DNA from: Gonapodya sp. JEL0774
Lineage: Eukaryota
NCBI GenBank assembly: GCA_027604505.1
Contig: JADIIX010000101.1
Span: 1 to 64,000, forward strand
Direction: 5' to 3'
Length of the DNA stretch: 64,000 nucleotides
Position 1 is the stretch's first letter. Every line of letters starts with the position of its first letter. Positions 47,458 to 60,739 of this stretch are shown here, piece after piece. Below the pieces are notes generated by a model that saw nothing but the letters and a program-made list of their open reading frames with translations, was not told where the DNA came from and did not search any database. The position numbers and the translations under genes were made by a program.

Positions 47458-48762
47458 TCAGGGATTGTGGGTTTCTCAACTCTTCTGCGCGGTCTGGCAT
47501 TTATTCGCTCTTACGCTCAAGCAGATGCGCATCGAATACACGTACAATTTGTTGTTTTCGGAAGAGGAAGCGGCGGCGGATGCGGGAAAAGGTAATTGGC
47601 CCTCACAAGGGACCTTGCTTTTCCACAAACATCTGTTAAGTTGAACCAACGTGTCGGATTATACTCCCTCTCTAGATGCTGCTCCCGCTCTCTTGACGAT
47701 TACGCCCGTTGAAGCCGTTGGGAAAGCGACCGGGATCAACCAAGCAGTCGAGTTACCTCCAAACGAACCACAAACTGATGCAGGTACTTTATCCGCTGTC
47801 ACCCACCGAACTTAGTGTTTGCTTGTCGTGTTAATACGAAGCGATCACGCAATTCGTGGTATGTAATGATAGTACCCGCTGGAGAGTCCGTCGTGGTGGA
47901 GGCAAAGACAATCGACCCCGAACCTTCTGCAGCATTTGAAAAGGAAGGACTAGTTGCAGCAGCTCCTCCTGCTGAAGCCAAGGAAGCTGAGACCATCGCC
48001 CTCAAGGAACTTGTTCGAGAACAGGAAGGGCTCACGGACGCTGATGAAGGAAAAATCTCCAAGGGTGCAGAGAAAGCAGCAGTGCAGGGCAAATTTATCT
48101 CAGTCGTCGAGGAAGAGCTCGTTACAGCGACTTCAGGCTCGGAGGTTGTTGCAGTCGATACGGTCTCCGCGGTCGAGGCGGGAGGCGCATCGACGACTGA
48201 GGAACCCACCCTCCAAGCTTCGGAATATTCCGCGACGGGGATACCAGTTCCGGTGGAGACTGTGACTGGGCCTATCGTTCCGGTTGAAAAGGAGGCTGAG
48301 TTGTTGCCGCACGAAACGCAATCGGCAACTCTTTTAGTGAAGGCATCTGAAGTTCCAGTCGAATTGGAGAAGGGTCAGTCGGAGCTGCAAAATTACGGTG
48401 ATTTCCTCGCATAAACATTTCCTGACACACCACAGCGGACACTCTCTTGGGGAAAGAATCGAAAGAATCCGAACATAATACACCACCCACCGCACAATCT
48501 CCAGGCTTGTCGGACAGCATATCGTCGGCGACCACAAAGCGGAAGAGTTTTGTTGGTAGTATTTTGGCTAAAGCGCATGTTCAGACCAAGAGCGTCGCAA
48601 ACGAAGTCAATGGTAAATTCAACGCGATGCTGATGTGCATGGTGGCGAGTGACGTTAACTATTAAGAGTGTGTTGGCAGCTCCATCTACCAAACCTCGAT
48701 CAATCAAGCAGACGGAAGAGAAGGCCAACAAGAGGAAGAGCGGCCGCTGCGCTCCACAGTGA
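47458..48762 (+). CDS. Hypothetical acidic low-complexity protein ending in a polybasic stretch + CaaX-like motif (5' end uncertain)
   Basis: E/A/V/T-rich exons joined by GT-AG introns. Predicted end KANKRKSGRCAPQ* if the CAG acceptor near 48679 is used. Confidence 0.45.
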
Positions 48763-49176
48763 GGTTCATTGGTGACAGAATATGCGAGCTTTGCAATCGC
48801 GTTCCGGTTGAGTTTCACCGAGAGATATACAACAAGATTGTAATACTTGGGTTACATCAGTATTGAGGGGAGGTGCCTTCTTTTAAATGATTAATTTTAT
48901 TCCTCCTAATTCTGTAATCGCTTGCGCGTTATGTAATCGGGGAAAGCGTTCTACCATGTGTTATCTTGGTTCACTGTTTGTGTGACACGGAAACGCTAAG
49001 CTCAGTTGGTGGATTTGTGGCCAGTGTTGTGGTATGGTAGGGTCAACATCACCGAACCACAAGCATTCATCTCATCTACAATACCACGTGAGGCCCAGGG
49101 AAGACCTGCAAGTTCTACATTGAAGCCAAGCAAATATGACTCTCATAAGGAATCAACCGCCATCACTGCCCATGTC

Positions 49177-50776
49177 CTATTTCACGAAACCTACTGCTGG
49201 GATTTTATGGATCCGAGGCCTCCCTCTGGGCTTGCTCTCCGCATCCCGGCAATGGACTCCACGGGCAGCGCAGCGCCGACAAGGACGGGCGAGTTCACAC
49301 GAGAGGTGAGCCTGGTGGCCAAAACAGTGCGGGTTGAGGAGTGCTCTTAGATGTCAACACCAAGAAATGCGAAAGTGGATGAATACTCACCTCTTTACAA
49401 AAAGTACACGCCCGTGAGACGTTGTTTGTGGTGCGTTGGCGGCCCTTGGGCTTTTTGTACCCCATCTCCTGGGAGTACGTGGACTCCTTCGTTTGGGGAT
49501 TGAAAACTCGCGGTGCGGTTTCGGCAAGGAATGACGATCTGGTTGGATGTATCGGAGTATTCTGCACTGGTAGTAGCATCGCAGAAGAATTACGGTTGGT
49601 GATCTGCGTGCCATAGAACGGAGAAGTCTCCGAGGACGTGAATGAGGATTGAGACGCATTCTCGCTCGAGGTCGAGAAACGAGAAGACGGTGAGAAATCA
49701 GTAGCAAGATCGGGCAGTGGAGAGTGGAATGAGTGTGCGCGCTTTTTGTCCCACAGGCGAAATTACCCCCAACGTCGTCACCATAATTGAAACCTGCTGG
49801 ATTGGCGCGTTATGACTCACGCTTTCTGATAAATGCAAATTGTCCGAGCTTGAAGCGGTGTCGACTTTGACATATTTTTTTTGTGGACGAGGATTCATTG
49901 AAGAATCCCGCTTCCGATTCACTTTTACAGGAGAAGCAGGAGAACCATTTAAAGCTGCCAGCGACCCTAGATTGAAGGCTGCTGTAGCAAATTTAACCAC
50001 TTGTGAATGGTCGTCCTCAATCAGTTAGATTATCATTCAAAGCACACACCTGTATGGACCCTGGATTCCTTCCACGTCATCATCGAGTGTTCGAGAGAGT
50101 CAGCCACCGGTGCCTTTCTGGAAACGGGCTCGTCCAGAATACCGCTTCCGCAACGGTGAGAATTTGAGAAGTTGCCAGGTCCTTGCATGTGCGCAACAAG
50201 TTCATTTCCATTGAAACTGATGTCCGAGCCAGATAAAGCAGAATAACCGAACTGTTCGCGTTCGAAATCACTGCTACCAATTGTGTGCTCAGGACACTCA
50301 TTGTTGGAGGGATCAATGTGCAGATTGGTGAAGCCATCCAGCGTACAAAAGAAGGAGAGCATTCTCTCCGTGTCGATCACTGGATGAGAAGCGAGAAATG
50401 GTGGGGCAGAGTGGATGCTGTATAGCAAGTCCGCGGCGGTTGTGTCAGGTTCATGGAAATGGAGACCTCCGTCCTCCCCAATTCCAGAACCACTGAGAAG
50501 AGGTATTCCAGATTCTGGTTGAGTACGTTGTGGCACGAAGACGCTGGAACCGCAATAGTTCGAGAATTGGTGAATCTCCAGCCCAACTGTCTCCACTGAC
50601 GCGTTTATTGACGGATTGTGGGGCAGCTCGGACGTGATGGTTTCATTTGTCGCTGTTTCCGATGTGGAGAGTCCTTGTGCAAAGGAGCTGTAATCGGAGG
50701 ACGTCCAAGCAGCGAAGAAGTCTCTATGGAACGACTTATGCGGTATATGTGTGTCCGACGAGCGACTTTGTGACAT
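49177..50776 (-). CDS. Zn(II)2Cys6 transcription factor with the Zn cluster near the C-terminus
   Basis: VSRACTFCKE|AHLSCELARPCRRCAARGVHCRDAESKPRGRPR gives six Cys in Gal4-type spacing after splicing. Upstream exons are S/T/P-rich. The 3' end may include further exons. Confidence 0.75.
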
Positions 50777-50938
50777 TTCAACCAGATCTGATTCGGTTGG
50801 TTGAAATGTTTGCGACACGATGGAGATGAATTCTGTATGGACGTGGGTGGGCGAAGTGGCGCCCCCCACAGCTCAAGTGGCTCCCTTGAAACCAAAGAAA
50901 GCCTCCCAGCAAAAGAATCGCGAAATAAGCGCTGGCAA

Positions 50939-52999
50939 ATGGCACATCCAGTTCTCGTCTCGGCCCCTGGAAAGGCCATCATATTTGGGGAGCATGCTGT
51001 GGTCTACGGAAAGGTGAATCAAACGATTTCAGACAATTCCAGCACGCTGTTCTTGCTAAACAAGTTACACGGCTACTGCAATCGCTTTTGCAAGACGGCT
51101 ATTGCTGCATCTGTTGGGCTCCGCACTTATACTCTGCTGAATCCCACGGACAAGAAGTCAGTCAAGCTGGTCTTCAGCGATATTGGGTTCGAGCAATCAT
51201 GGGACCTGGAACAACTGGCACCGATACGAGAAGCATTCGTAGCAGAAGGAGGATGTAAGTATGCCCGCGGTGATACGGTTTTCAGTGCGTAATGGAGTCA
51301 CGGCAGTTCCCTTTCTGTTCAACAATGGAAGCCTTCTCTCATCCCACACCCATATCCGACACTGTACGAAGCCATCTTTCTCCTCTTCTGAGTGTTGACC
51401 CTGCATCCTCGAAGGGCCGTGCGGCGGTGGCTTTTCTCTACCTTTTCTTGGGAATTTGTGACTCGTGAGCGATGCCCACAAGTTTTCCATCGCATGGATT
51501 CCGGTTTTTTGCGTACCTTGCACCTGCAGATTGCTTTCAATAGAGGTTACTGTTCGCTCGCTTCTTCCCGTCGGAGCAGGACTCGGCTCCTCTGCCTCTT
51601 TCTCAGCCTGTCTCGCGTCTGGGCTCCTCGTCTTCTTCAACCGCGTCCCCGTTCCGAACGTCACCTCCAAAGATGCCAGTGCGCCAGGCCCCTGTGACCC
51701 ATTTCAATCGTTATCTTCAGGTAATCGTTGGTCCTCGAGCGATATGGAACTTACGAACCAATGGGCGTTCATGGCGGAAAAGGTGATCCACGGGAACCCT
51801 TCTGGCATCGACAACTCCGTGTGCGTGCATGGCGGAGCCATCCTCTACACGCGAGGAAAGCCTCTTGAGCAGCTCGTGGGGTGAGTATGGTACTTCGAAC
51901 AGTGACTTTTCCGCCACTCTCTGATCGTACCGAATCCTAATAACTCGCATGCCCAGCTTCACTTCCCTTCGTTTTCTTGTAACAAACACTCTCGTTCCCA
52001 AGGACACTTTGGTGCAGGTGGCCAATGTTGCGAAACGGCGCGAACGATATCCGGACATATTTAACCACATCATAGAGGCAGTTCAAGGTGTAAGTAGAGC
52101 ATGCGTGGACGCTGTGGAGAAATACGGTAAGCTCAAATTACATGAGTTCGCTTTTGGCGGGAATCCGGTGAATAACTGACCGCAACGCATCTGGGCCACC
52201 AGAATCAAGTGGGAAGCAACATTCCGACAAGGCAGCTCTATACGATGCTATTGAGGTTTGTGGTATTGCGAAAACTGCATTATGATAACTTTAATGTCCC
52301 GCTGTCCACCTTGTTACAGTTCTTGATCGACACAAACCAGACCCTCCTCGTGTCATTGGGTGTGTCACATTCTTCCCTGGAAAATGTTCGATCTATTGCA
52401 GCTCGCCACGGCTTGTTTACTAAACTGACGGGGGGTGGCGGAGGTGGTTGTGCGGTTACTGTGGTACGAGATGGTGTGTGGCAGGACTCGCAATCTCTCT
52501 CATCGTTCCCTGCACATGGTTGGGGGGGGGGGGGGGGGGGGGGCGGAGGGACGGCGGGAGGGGGGGGCGTAGGGGGGGTCGACAGTTTGAGGCAGGCGGA
52601 GGGAGGGACACTGGGTNNNNNNNNNNGGCTTGGCTTTTTTAATACCATTTCGGGGGGGTGGGGATGTTTTTTTGTGGTTCCTGGGGTAGTTGTTGGTGTG
52701 TGTCCGGCTTCGCTATCTAGATAAAGTTTTCCCTCACATAATTAACCCCCCCCCCCCCCCCCCCCATATATGATACGGTAGATTTCCCTGAATCCAGCCT
52801 TAATACCGTTCTTGGTGATCTTCAGACTGCGGGCTATGAGAGCTTTGTCACTTCGGTGGGCTGCGCCGGCGTGGCGTGTCACGACATCCTTCAGACTGCG
52901 GAGTTGCTTCGGGGTGACGACAAAGCGGTTTCTTCAGATAGATTTCTGCGCGCAGATTTGATTACTCTTCGAAATTGCTTCCAAGATGAAATTATGTAA
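50939..52999 (+). CDS. ERG12: Mevalonate kinase
   Basis: SAPGKAIIFGEHAVVYGK, LPVGAGLGSSA, EKVIHGNPSGIDNSV, LGVSHSSL, KLTGGGGGGC (GHMP kinase motifs). Confidence 0.95.
52617..52626. other. Assembly gap inside the last ERG12 intron, flanked by G/C homopolymer runs
   Basis: 10 Ns; poly-G upstream and poly-C near 52746-52765. Confidence 0.95.
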
Positions 53000-53323
53000 A
53001 TTATTTCAACTGTCGTTTCGGCTGGTCCAACTGGCGCATGGGACAACGGAAAGCATTTCACATGCTATCTAAAGACTACAAGAAACTCTGCGTAATGAGA
53101 AGAGCATGCCAATGCTGCTAATAAGACTACGAGGGTAGGCGCTGAGAAATGGTGATGTACAACATATAGCCTTAGTTTTCTCTAACTTCGTTGCTTTGAG
53201 GCTTTCCGCTCCCTCCCAGTGTGGGAAATCAGAAGCATGCATTGATTCGACTTTTTCGATATTTTTCAGTGATGAGAAAGTGCGGACGACGGTCTTGGTC
53301 AGGCGTAGACCATCTTTGCATAA

Positions 53324-55610
53324 TTAAACTTGCGCCGCTTTGGTTTCTTCTCTCGACTGTCGCAAGAACGGAAGAATGTTTGTTCCTCCTAAGTAAATGA
53401 GTACATATGTTTCCAATGAGCGTGTGATTGTCCAGTCATTGGACTGCAGGACTTTGAGAACTCAGACTCACCGGTCCCCTTGCTTTCCCCGGCGACGCTA
53501 CCAACTCCCGCCCCTCCAGCTTCTACCACGCCATCCTCCGCTCTTCTCTTCTTCCCTTGAACCAAAATGTACACGCTCACCATCTGAACGTGCTTGTCTC
53601 TAAATTTCTTCATCCCGTCAACACACTTGTTAAAGATTTCGGCCATCTCCACGACATCAGCGCCATCAGGATTGGATTCTTTCGCGGCGGTGACGAAGGC
53701 ACGGATAGCTGGTGCGCGAGACAATGCCAGGAGAAAAGATCGATGAGGACCTGGAAGGTATGCGCGCATTTCGTGGATGAAGTTTTTAGGAACGGTTGAT
53801 TCGAACGTGTGCGGGGAGCGGTGTGAGGGGTCGGCCGAGGTGCTGGGTGTACGGGAAAGCGATATCGCGTTTGAGGTAGATGAGGCGAAACCGGCCTGTT
53901 GCTGTTCTTCCGCAACGACCCCGCTACCCCTCCGTTTCAACGCAGCGAACTGCGGTTTGTGCTGCACTCCCAGGGCAATATCGAGCGCCTGAATTATGGG
54001 ACTTTGTGCAGCGCTACCGCCAGCAAATTTACGGCGGACACCGGGGCGTGGAGGTGGAAACGGTCGGATATTGGATGGTCTTTCGTGACTTGACGTGGTG
54101 GACTGTCGGATTCCAGGGCCTTGTCGCACCTCACTCGCGGCATCTCCTGCAAACCCAACATTTATCTCTTCGTCTTCCCATTTGCAAGCCCCGGCCGAAA
54201 TGCTCCAATCCAACTCTTCTCTTTGGAGCCGAAACTCTCTTGAGAATCCCTCCAAGTCCTTTTCGACTGATCCATCGATCTCGTACTCTGGCACGTCTGA
54301 TTCATCCACGCCTTGATATAGGAGGCCATCCGGCAATAAGGGGTTGCCGGCCCAGGCTGCAACGAACTTTCGAACTCGGAAATAGAAGATGTGGGGGTCA
54401 CAGCCGTCATACATGCGGAGGAGGACAGCAGTAATGGTTTGAACAACGTCAAGAATGATTTTGAGATTCCGGGTCACCGCCGATATGTCGCCTCGCGATA
54501 CTGCGTGCATGCAGTCGACAATCGCCGGAAGAGACGGTGCACCGGCCGCCTCGATGGCGCAAGACACGAGGTAAAACCATGCCTCATCCATGCATCCTGT
54601 GAAGAGTTGGACAGAAGCTAGATTGGAGAGATCCAGAGGTTGAGAGAGTGCGAGAGGTCGGTAGTTCCAAAGAACAACGGCAGGGTAGCTGCAAACGGGG
54701 TGCAGACGCAGGCGGCGGGAAACGGAAGTCCACGGAATCGCAACAGATGCAGGAAGAGCCTACAAGGAGACGATACAACGAGAATTGATGTGTGTGCGCG
54801 TGTTCTCACTGTGGTGTTACACCACACGGAGAACTCACATCACACGGACTCTCATTGTGCCCCCATACATAGGCGTGAGCAATAAAAGAAAGGCAAACAA
54901 AGGCTCTTCGGAACTCGGCGACAGTTTGGAGTCGCTGGACATCCAAGATCGGCATCTGCGCGGATTCAAAAGTGCAGTCAGTGACAAGTGGACCAATACT
55001 GCTGCCACGTCCAGCGCAGCTCCCGCCTTATCTGATGCATGGGCTTTCAGTTCCAGACATGCAGAAGCACCATCGCTCTTGGGGGAATGAGCTGTTCAAG
55101 GTAGTCCGGCGACTCACCTCGTTGACAAATTTCCTCACCCTGCCTGTGAGCAGAAAGCTCGGCAGTCCAGCGACTAAGTCCTCCCAGGGACGATAATACT
55201 CGTCGGTAAGTCGGTGGACAAGATTCTGCGGCTCAGGAAGGAATCCCGTTCTTGGGGAAACTTTTCATTGCACCAACATTGCACCAAATCGAACAGGAAC
55301 CCATCAGAGCCCATTGTAAAGCGACAAGGCCCGCAAAGCCGCGGAGCATGCATGAAGAGGTATGAAACGTACTGTCAAAGTCCTCGAGTCTGGGAATGGG
55401 CGTTCCGATCTCTCCCGACAATATTCCCTCTGGGGTTCCTGGTGGTGACAAATCCATTCTGGGTGATGTTGGCGTTTGCGATTGAGAGACCGCAAGGGGT
55501 AAAGACGCGGTCATCGCGGTCAATGGAGCTTCGCAGTCTCCGGGTGGGTTTCGGGTTTCGAGATGGTGGAACCGGCTGTGCCTCGTTTCGTGCAACTGGT
55601 CAGCAGGCAT
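53324..55610 (-). CDS. BNA2: Indoleamine 2,3-dioxygenase
   Basis: VSPRTGFLP, DEAWFYLVSCAIE, CDPHIFYFRVRKF, FAGGSAAQSPIIQALDIALGVQH, EMRAYLPGPHRSFL, FRDKHVQMVSVYI, KGTGGTNILPFL. Confidence 0.92.
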
Positions 55611-56509
55611 TCATTGCCGACAGATGACGCTGTACGTACAAGGAATCAAGAAAGTTATCAATGCCGGGTCACTGCATATACTCTGGACAATCTTCTTTCG
55701 TGCGGACATGGCCAATCCACCTGCCGGTGATTTGCTCGAAGTGCACTTCGGCTTAGCACAAAATGGTAACACAAGATTACGCATAAACGAATCACCAAAC
55801 TTGACCTTTTTTTTTTCTGTTGTGGTTTGCGTCTGTCCGCTGGGGAGCCTTGGGGGTTTTTTTTTTTTGGAAACACAAGCTGCAGTGGGGGTCGGGCTGA
55901 TAAATCCTGACTACCCCTCTGCTCGGCAGCTTGGGGATGGAACAATTCTCGGACTTATTGATACGGTCTGGAACTTCTTGTAACTATCTATTCGCAACGA
56001 ATAGGGGCAGATTTATCCGCACATGTGTACTCCTTTCCACACGCACATCTAAATACATAATCACACCCCACGGCCCTGTGCGTCATAGGGCATGAAAATA
56101 TAACCCAAAGGATAGTCTGAGAACCAGACTGGTACGGAGTTTTGAGTGCCCAGTTGCACCGTGCACCTGACCCGAAACTCGCGCTGTTCCTGCCAGTTTT
56201 GAAAGTGTGCAGGGTGCAGGTTAGTCCCTGCCTACCCAAAGGAAGGATTTCGCTGGTATGTCAGCCTGGATGATGCACGGCCAAGGTCACGGCACAACAT
56301 TCTGATCAAATGCAATTTATTGAATTGTTCACTATAAATGTATTTTGTCGTGATGATCCATTGTGTTTCAGATGTCGTCATAACACATAATTACGCCATC
56401 TGATGAACCTGACCCGCCGGATTATTCCAACACCGAAAATGTACATACCTTAAAAACCTTCAATCTTAACCTTCAATCATAGCGGTTTCATCGAATATCT
56501 CTCCTCAAA

Positions 56510-57893
56510 ATGTCTGTGCAACCAGCCAACATCGCGTCCCTTCCTGCAGTTACCTCTCGGTCCGACTCTGCGCCAAAGTCAACGCGCAAGGACGTTTCTT
56601 TCGCAGTCCCGAACGGTTTGAAGGTCGCACCCAAGAAGTACTCTGGCTCTCTCGACAGATTCCAGTCGTTCAAAGTCACACCCCACATTGGTCTGGAGTT
56701 CCGGGACCTTGATCTAAGCAAGCTAAGCGATCGCGAGGTGAGCATTCTCGGTTTTCTTTACTGGCACTGTAAACTGTCACCAACGACCGTCGTTTTGCGT
56801 GCAGATCGAGGACCTTTCCATTTTGGTGTCGCAGCATGGAGTAGTGTTCCTTCGGAACCAGAGTGTCATTGATCCAAAAGTACAGCTAGAGTTCGGGAGG
56901 AAGATCGGTAGGTTTATCTTGAGAGAGTGGTGATCGCAAGATTGACAGTTTAATATGCTTTCTATAATTCCGAACTCGTAGCTATCGAACAAGGAGGCCG
57001 GGGAACTCTGCATATTCACCCGCTTACTCCTCCACAGGAGTTGAACGAAATCTTGGTGATCACAAACGAGAGCAAGGTGTAAGTATAGTGCTTTGTGTTT
57101 GCATTAGCGCAGACGTTGTACCTAACCTACTTGCTGCTCGATTCTTTTCACCTGCCATGTTATTGCTTAGTGCAAGCCAGTACACCGATACTCCCGCAAG
57201 CGACGGCTGGCACAGCGACTTCACATTCGAAAAGACGCCATCGAACTATGCTGCATTGCAACTTGATGCGCTGCCGGAGAGCGGAGGCGACACTCTCTGG
57301 AGTTCCGGCTACGCGGCCTACGAGCGCCTCTCCCCTGCCCTCCGCGCCTTCCTTGAAACCCTTCACGCGGAGCACGACGGTAGTCAGTTCCACCTCATTG
57401 GAAAGGCTGCGGGCATCGACATTCGAACCGATCGCGGCGCGGACAACGTCGGCACCGATCTGCGAGCGATTCACCCTGTCATTCGCACCAACCCCGTTAC
57501 CGGCTGGAAGTCGCTTTTCGTCAACAAAGTATTCACCAAGAAGATCGTGGAGCTGTCCAAGTCTGAGTCAGATGCGCTGCTCGGATTCTTGTTTGAACAC
57601 ATCGCCACTGGCTTCGATTTCCAAGTCCGATTCAAATGGAACAGGGGTGACATTGCCATCTGGGACAACCGGTTGGTATTCGTAGAGCTGAATCTGAATA
57701 ACTGTTTGCTAACGTACGTGTTCCTTGATGCAGATCTGTGTTCCACTCTGCGACTCGTGACTTCGACAATTCCATTTTGCGGAGAGGCAACCGTGTTGCA
57801 CCGCTGGGTGAGAAGCCGTATTTTGACCCGGCATCGGTTGGTAGGAGTCAAGCGGAAGCAGCAGCGAAGGCCGATGAGTCTTCGAGACTCTAG
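56510..57893 (+). CDS. TauD/TfdA alpha-ketoglutarate-dependent (sulfonate/sulfate-ester) dioxygenase, Jlp1-like
   Basis: TPHIGLEF, QHGVVFLRNQ, WHSDFTFE, GGDTLWSSGY, HPVIRTNPVTGWKSLFVN, FQVRFKW...IWDNR|SVFHSA, RRGNRV. Confidence 0.93.
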
Positions 57894-58950
57894 TTGAAAA
57901 CGCACCGTTGTAAACTGGTTTCATTGGAATTAATATAGAAGTTCTGAACGAAAAGAAATCAGTACTCATCTACCGAAAACGGTGAACTCGTCTATTCAGG
58001 AGTCCATTCAATTGTTGCGGGTTACCTCCTGCCCGAAACTCATTAGGTACCCTCACAAGGGTCAATTCAGATCGTCGCAAACACCGCAGAGACGAGTTCT
58101 ATCAGTTGCCTTCACTTCACAACCTTCCAGATCATGCATGGGTCGTGTTGAGACAGCGTATCAGGACGAACCACAGATCTGCGGATCAAGCCACCGGGAT
58201 TCTATTGATGATCTTATCTTCTGCGACAAAGTTGCGCACACGTGTCTTCAATATTGAACAGGACCCAGTCTGTACTCTTGGCAGGTGGCGTACTTGGAGC
58301 TAACTTCATTCAAGGAATTGCCTTTCGCAGTCGCCCAGGGGACTTCTATATTCCCTATTCATTGCGGTATGGAATGCAGATGGACGACCTCTCAATCTTG
58401 TTCGCACACCAAAAGGTGGGGTTTTTTTCACAATCTCAACATCATCTCGAGCCAGCATCATCTCGAGTTTGGTAGAACGATCGGGGAGAATCTTGCCAGC
58501 ATGAACTCAAGAGAGACGCCTTCCTACATCCACACGAGAATTACAGTTAAGCGAAGACTCCAATCTGTACATTATGATGCCGCTTGGGCCTTCAGGGACA
58601 TTCGCCGCTCTTTGGCAATCCGTGTTCGACGGTGGGATGGCTGAATCTAAGACAGAGAGAGCGTGTGGAAATTCTACAGAGTCCGATCACTTGGCATGAG
58701 CCACCAGTCAATTTAGTCCGTCTATGTAAATACAGAGTGCCAGTGATTCGAGTTAATACATGTTACGTAATTGTCAGTGGGGATTCGTTCAAGTAGACGG
58801 GGGAGACCCATGTATCGACAGGTGATCCGTGATTCTCACTGGAGAATACATAGCTCAATACCGAGATGTACGAACGGTGTGACGGAGGAGGGTATGAGAA
58901 ACCAAGTTCAACTCGAGTTCTTTGATTTCGGGTATGCTGGAGGCAGTGAT

Positions 58951-59439
58951 TCAATAGCAGCCCGAGATCTGGATAGAAGGTGTATGTTTAGGAATGGTTT
59001 TTAGCGATCCCGTTGACATGCTGACGTATGATTCTCGATCGGGAACTGGAAGAGCTTCACGACTTTGCACCCGAGAAGAAGAGAGGGAGGAGGACATATG
59101 TAGTAGCTCTGCGCTGCTTGCTTTAGCGAGAACAGGAAGCTGGTGGGCGTCAGGCATGAAAGGTGCAATAATCGATCCCGAGTTTGCGGTCGTGTGTCCG
59201 AGAGAAAGACGAATCCCAGCTCCATCCAAGGGGACACGTTCGTTTACCGTTGTCCCTTCTCTCCAAGGAGTTCCAGAGGTCACACCAAGGGTCAGATCCT
59301 CTATGCTACCGACATTACTGGGCAGCTTTGCGACCGGAGCGTCACGGAACCTGTCTCCGATCGGAATCTGAAGGAACGAGACCAGACGGGAAGCGAAGGA
59401 CGGACGGCGCTGAAGAAGAGGTGGTGGCGTGGATGCCAT
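58951..59439 (-). CDS. Hypothetical S/P-rich protein
   Basis: Intronless ATG-initiated ORF MASTPPPLLQRRPSF...; no recognisable domain. Confidence 0.4.
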   Translation of the reverse strand: MASTPPPLLQRRPSFASRLVSFLQIPIGDRFRDAPVAKLPSNVGSIEDLTLGVTSGTPWREGTTVNERVPLDGAGIRLSLGHTTANSGSIIAPFMPDAHQLPVLAKASSAELLHMSSSLSSSRVQSREALPVPDRESYVSMSTGSLKTIPKHTPSIQISGCY

Positions 59440-59877
59440 CGCAGACCAGCACTTGCTCAGAGTGCTGATCGGACGAGTTTGACAGGCCTCCAATATTATG
59501 AAAGGGGTGACAGTTCGTTCCATCAAGCACCGACGCGATCACACCCAACAAAACCACACACTACGATAGCCATGCAAACATTTGATTTTGAGCAGTAATT
59601 CTACCGTTCAAAATGATGGACGAGCTGCGCTATATTTCGAATTGCTTATTGTTGGTCACTAGCAGTGACGAAGCATTGTTGTGACCATTCGGAATTCCTT
59701 GTACTTGCTGAACCGACGTTGCGTTCTTGTGGGCGAGGACGGTAATGAGTAAACAGCTGATGGGCGTGTCCACCCAAGTTTACAGCATGCGTATGGTGCG
59801 TGCAAAGACTGGGGTGACCAACCGGGAAGTGAGCCGGAAACTTCAACACCCGTCAGCAGCCGCCCACTTCGGAATCA

Positions 59878-60373
59878 ATGAGCTCAGCTTCAATCCACCC
59901 ATCATCAAATATTCATTACAGGAAGTCTCATCACCGAGTCTCTCTCCTACTAGGGCATTTGCGAAGTCCGGAAACGTCGCATTCGGATCGGGACAATCGG
60001 CATTCAGCTGCGTCCACGCGTTGTCTTCTCCCTCAACCACCTCGAATCGTTGGACGGGTCGGGTGAGTTTTGGGCCGTGTTAGGGGAGCATGCGACAAGT
60101 GTTCAGCTGTCATATGTGATCGTATTTCAATCACACGCCCCTTCACACTTACGTATCCTCATGTATTCGTTGCTTGACTGCACACTCCTCCCATATCCCA
60201 TGTCCAACAGTTCCAAGTACCTGGATGAATGGGGAGACTTCGCGGACGAATTTTTCGTTCAAAGCTATGCCCCAGTCGGAGCTCCTCACACGTCTGGACA
60301 AGAACCGTCGTGGAGGGAAGTGCTCGTGCGCCTGACGTTCGATGAACGGGAAATTGGCAGGAATGTGGCGTAG
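59878..60373 (+). CDS. Hypothetical small two-exon protein
   Basis: Intron GTGAGT(60063)...AACAG(60210) joins MSSAS...IVGRVG to SKYLDEWGDFADEFF...RNVA* in frame; no recognisable domain. Confidence 0.35.
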
Positions 60374-60739
60374 GGCAGAGATATTCAGCGTGGTCTGTGG
60401 ATGTTGTTTGTAATGACATTGAACAGCCGGACGAGCTTCCTTCCAGTAATGTTGACGCTTTTACAGCGTCATTTATCTGGACAGTGTACATCTCCTTTTC
60501 GAAATTATCGGGGTGGTTAGTGTTTGTGTGTACATTGTATAGTCTGTTGTTGAAGTGTACCGGTGCACAGAGAGGGAATCACTGAGATGATATTGGGCAC
60601 CCGTGATCCGTATACTCTTCCACCGTCGCTAATCAAACCCGAAAATACAGAAAGTAACACTACACATGCTCATTCAGTCAGCCGCTCCGTTCCAAGAAGC
60701 TGTTCATGTCGTTTCATCTCATTCCTCCTTTGCGTCAGG

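Noticed and set aside
56390..56399. ATTACGCCAT, a bZIP (Cys3/MetR-like) site upstream of the TauD gene
   Set aside because: Single imperfect 10-mer that could occur by chance; no evidence linking it to the bZIP in this window.
50939..57893. ERG12-IDO-TauD as a biosynthetic gene cluster
   Set aside because: Unrelated primary-metabolism enzymes with no backbone synthase; adjacency alone is not evidence.
59660..59720. GTGAC...TGAAC possible SECIS
   Set aside because: No apical AA at the right spacing, weak helix, and no upstream selenoprotein ORF.
60063..60230. Alternative frame giving FQVPG-TGA (possible Sec codon)
   Set aside because: Another frame gives a stop-free spliced ORF; no selenoprotein-family motif or SECIS.
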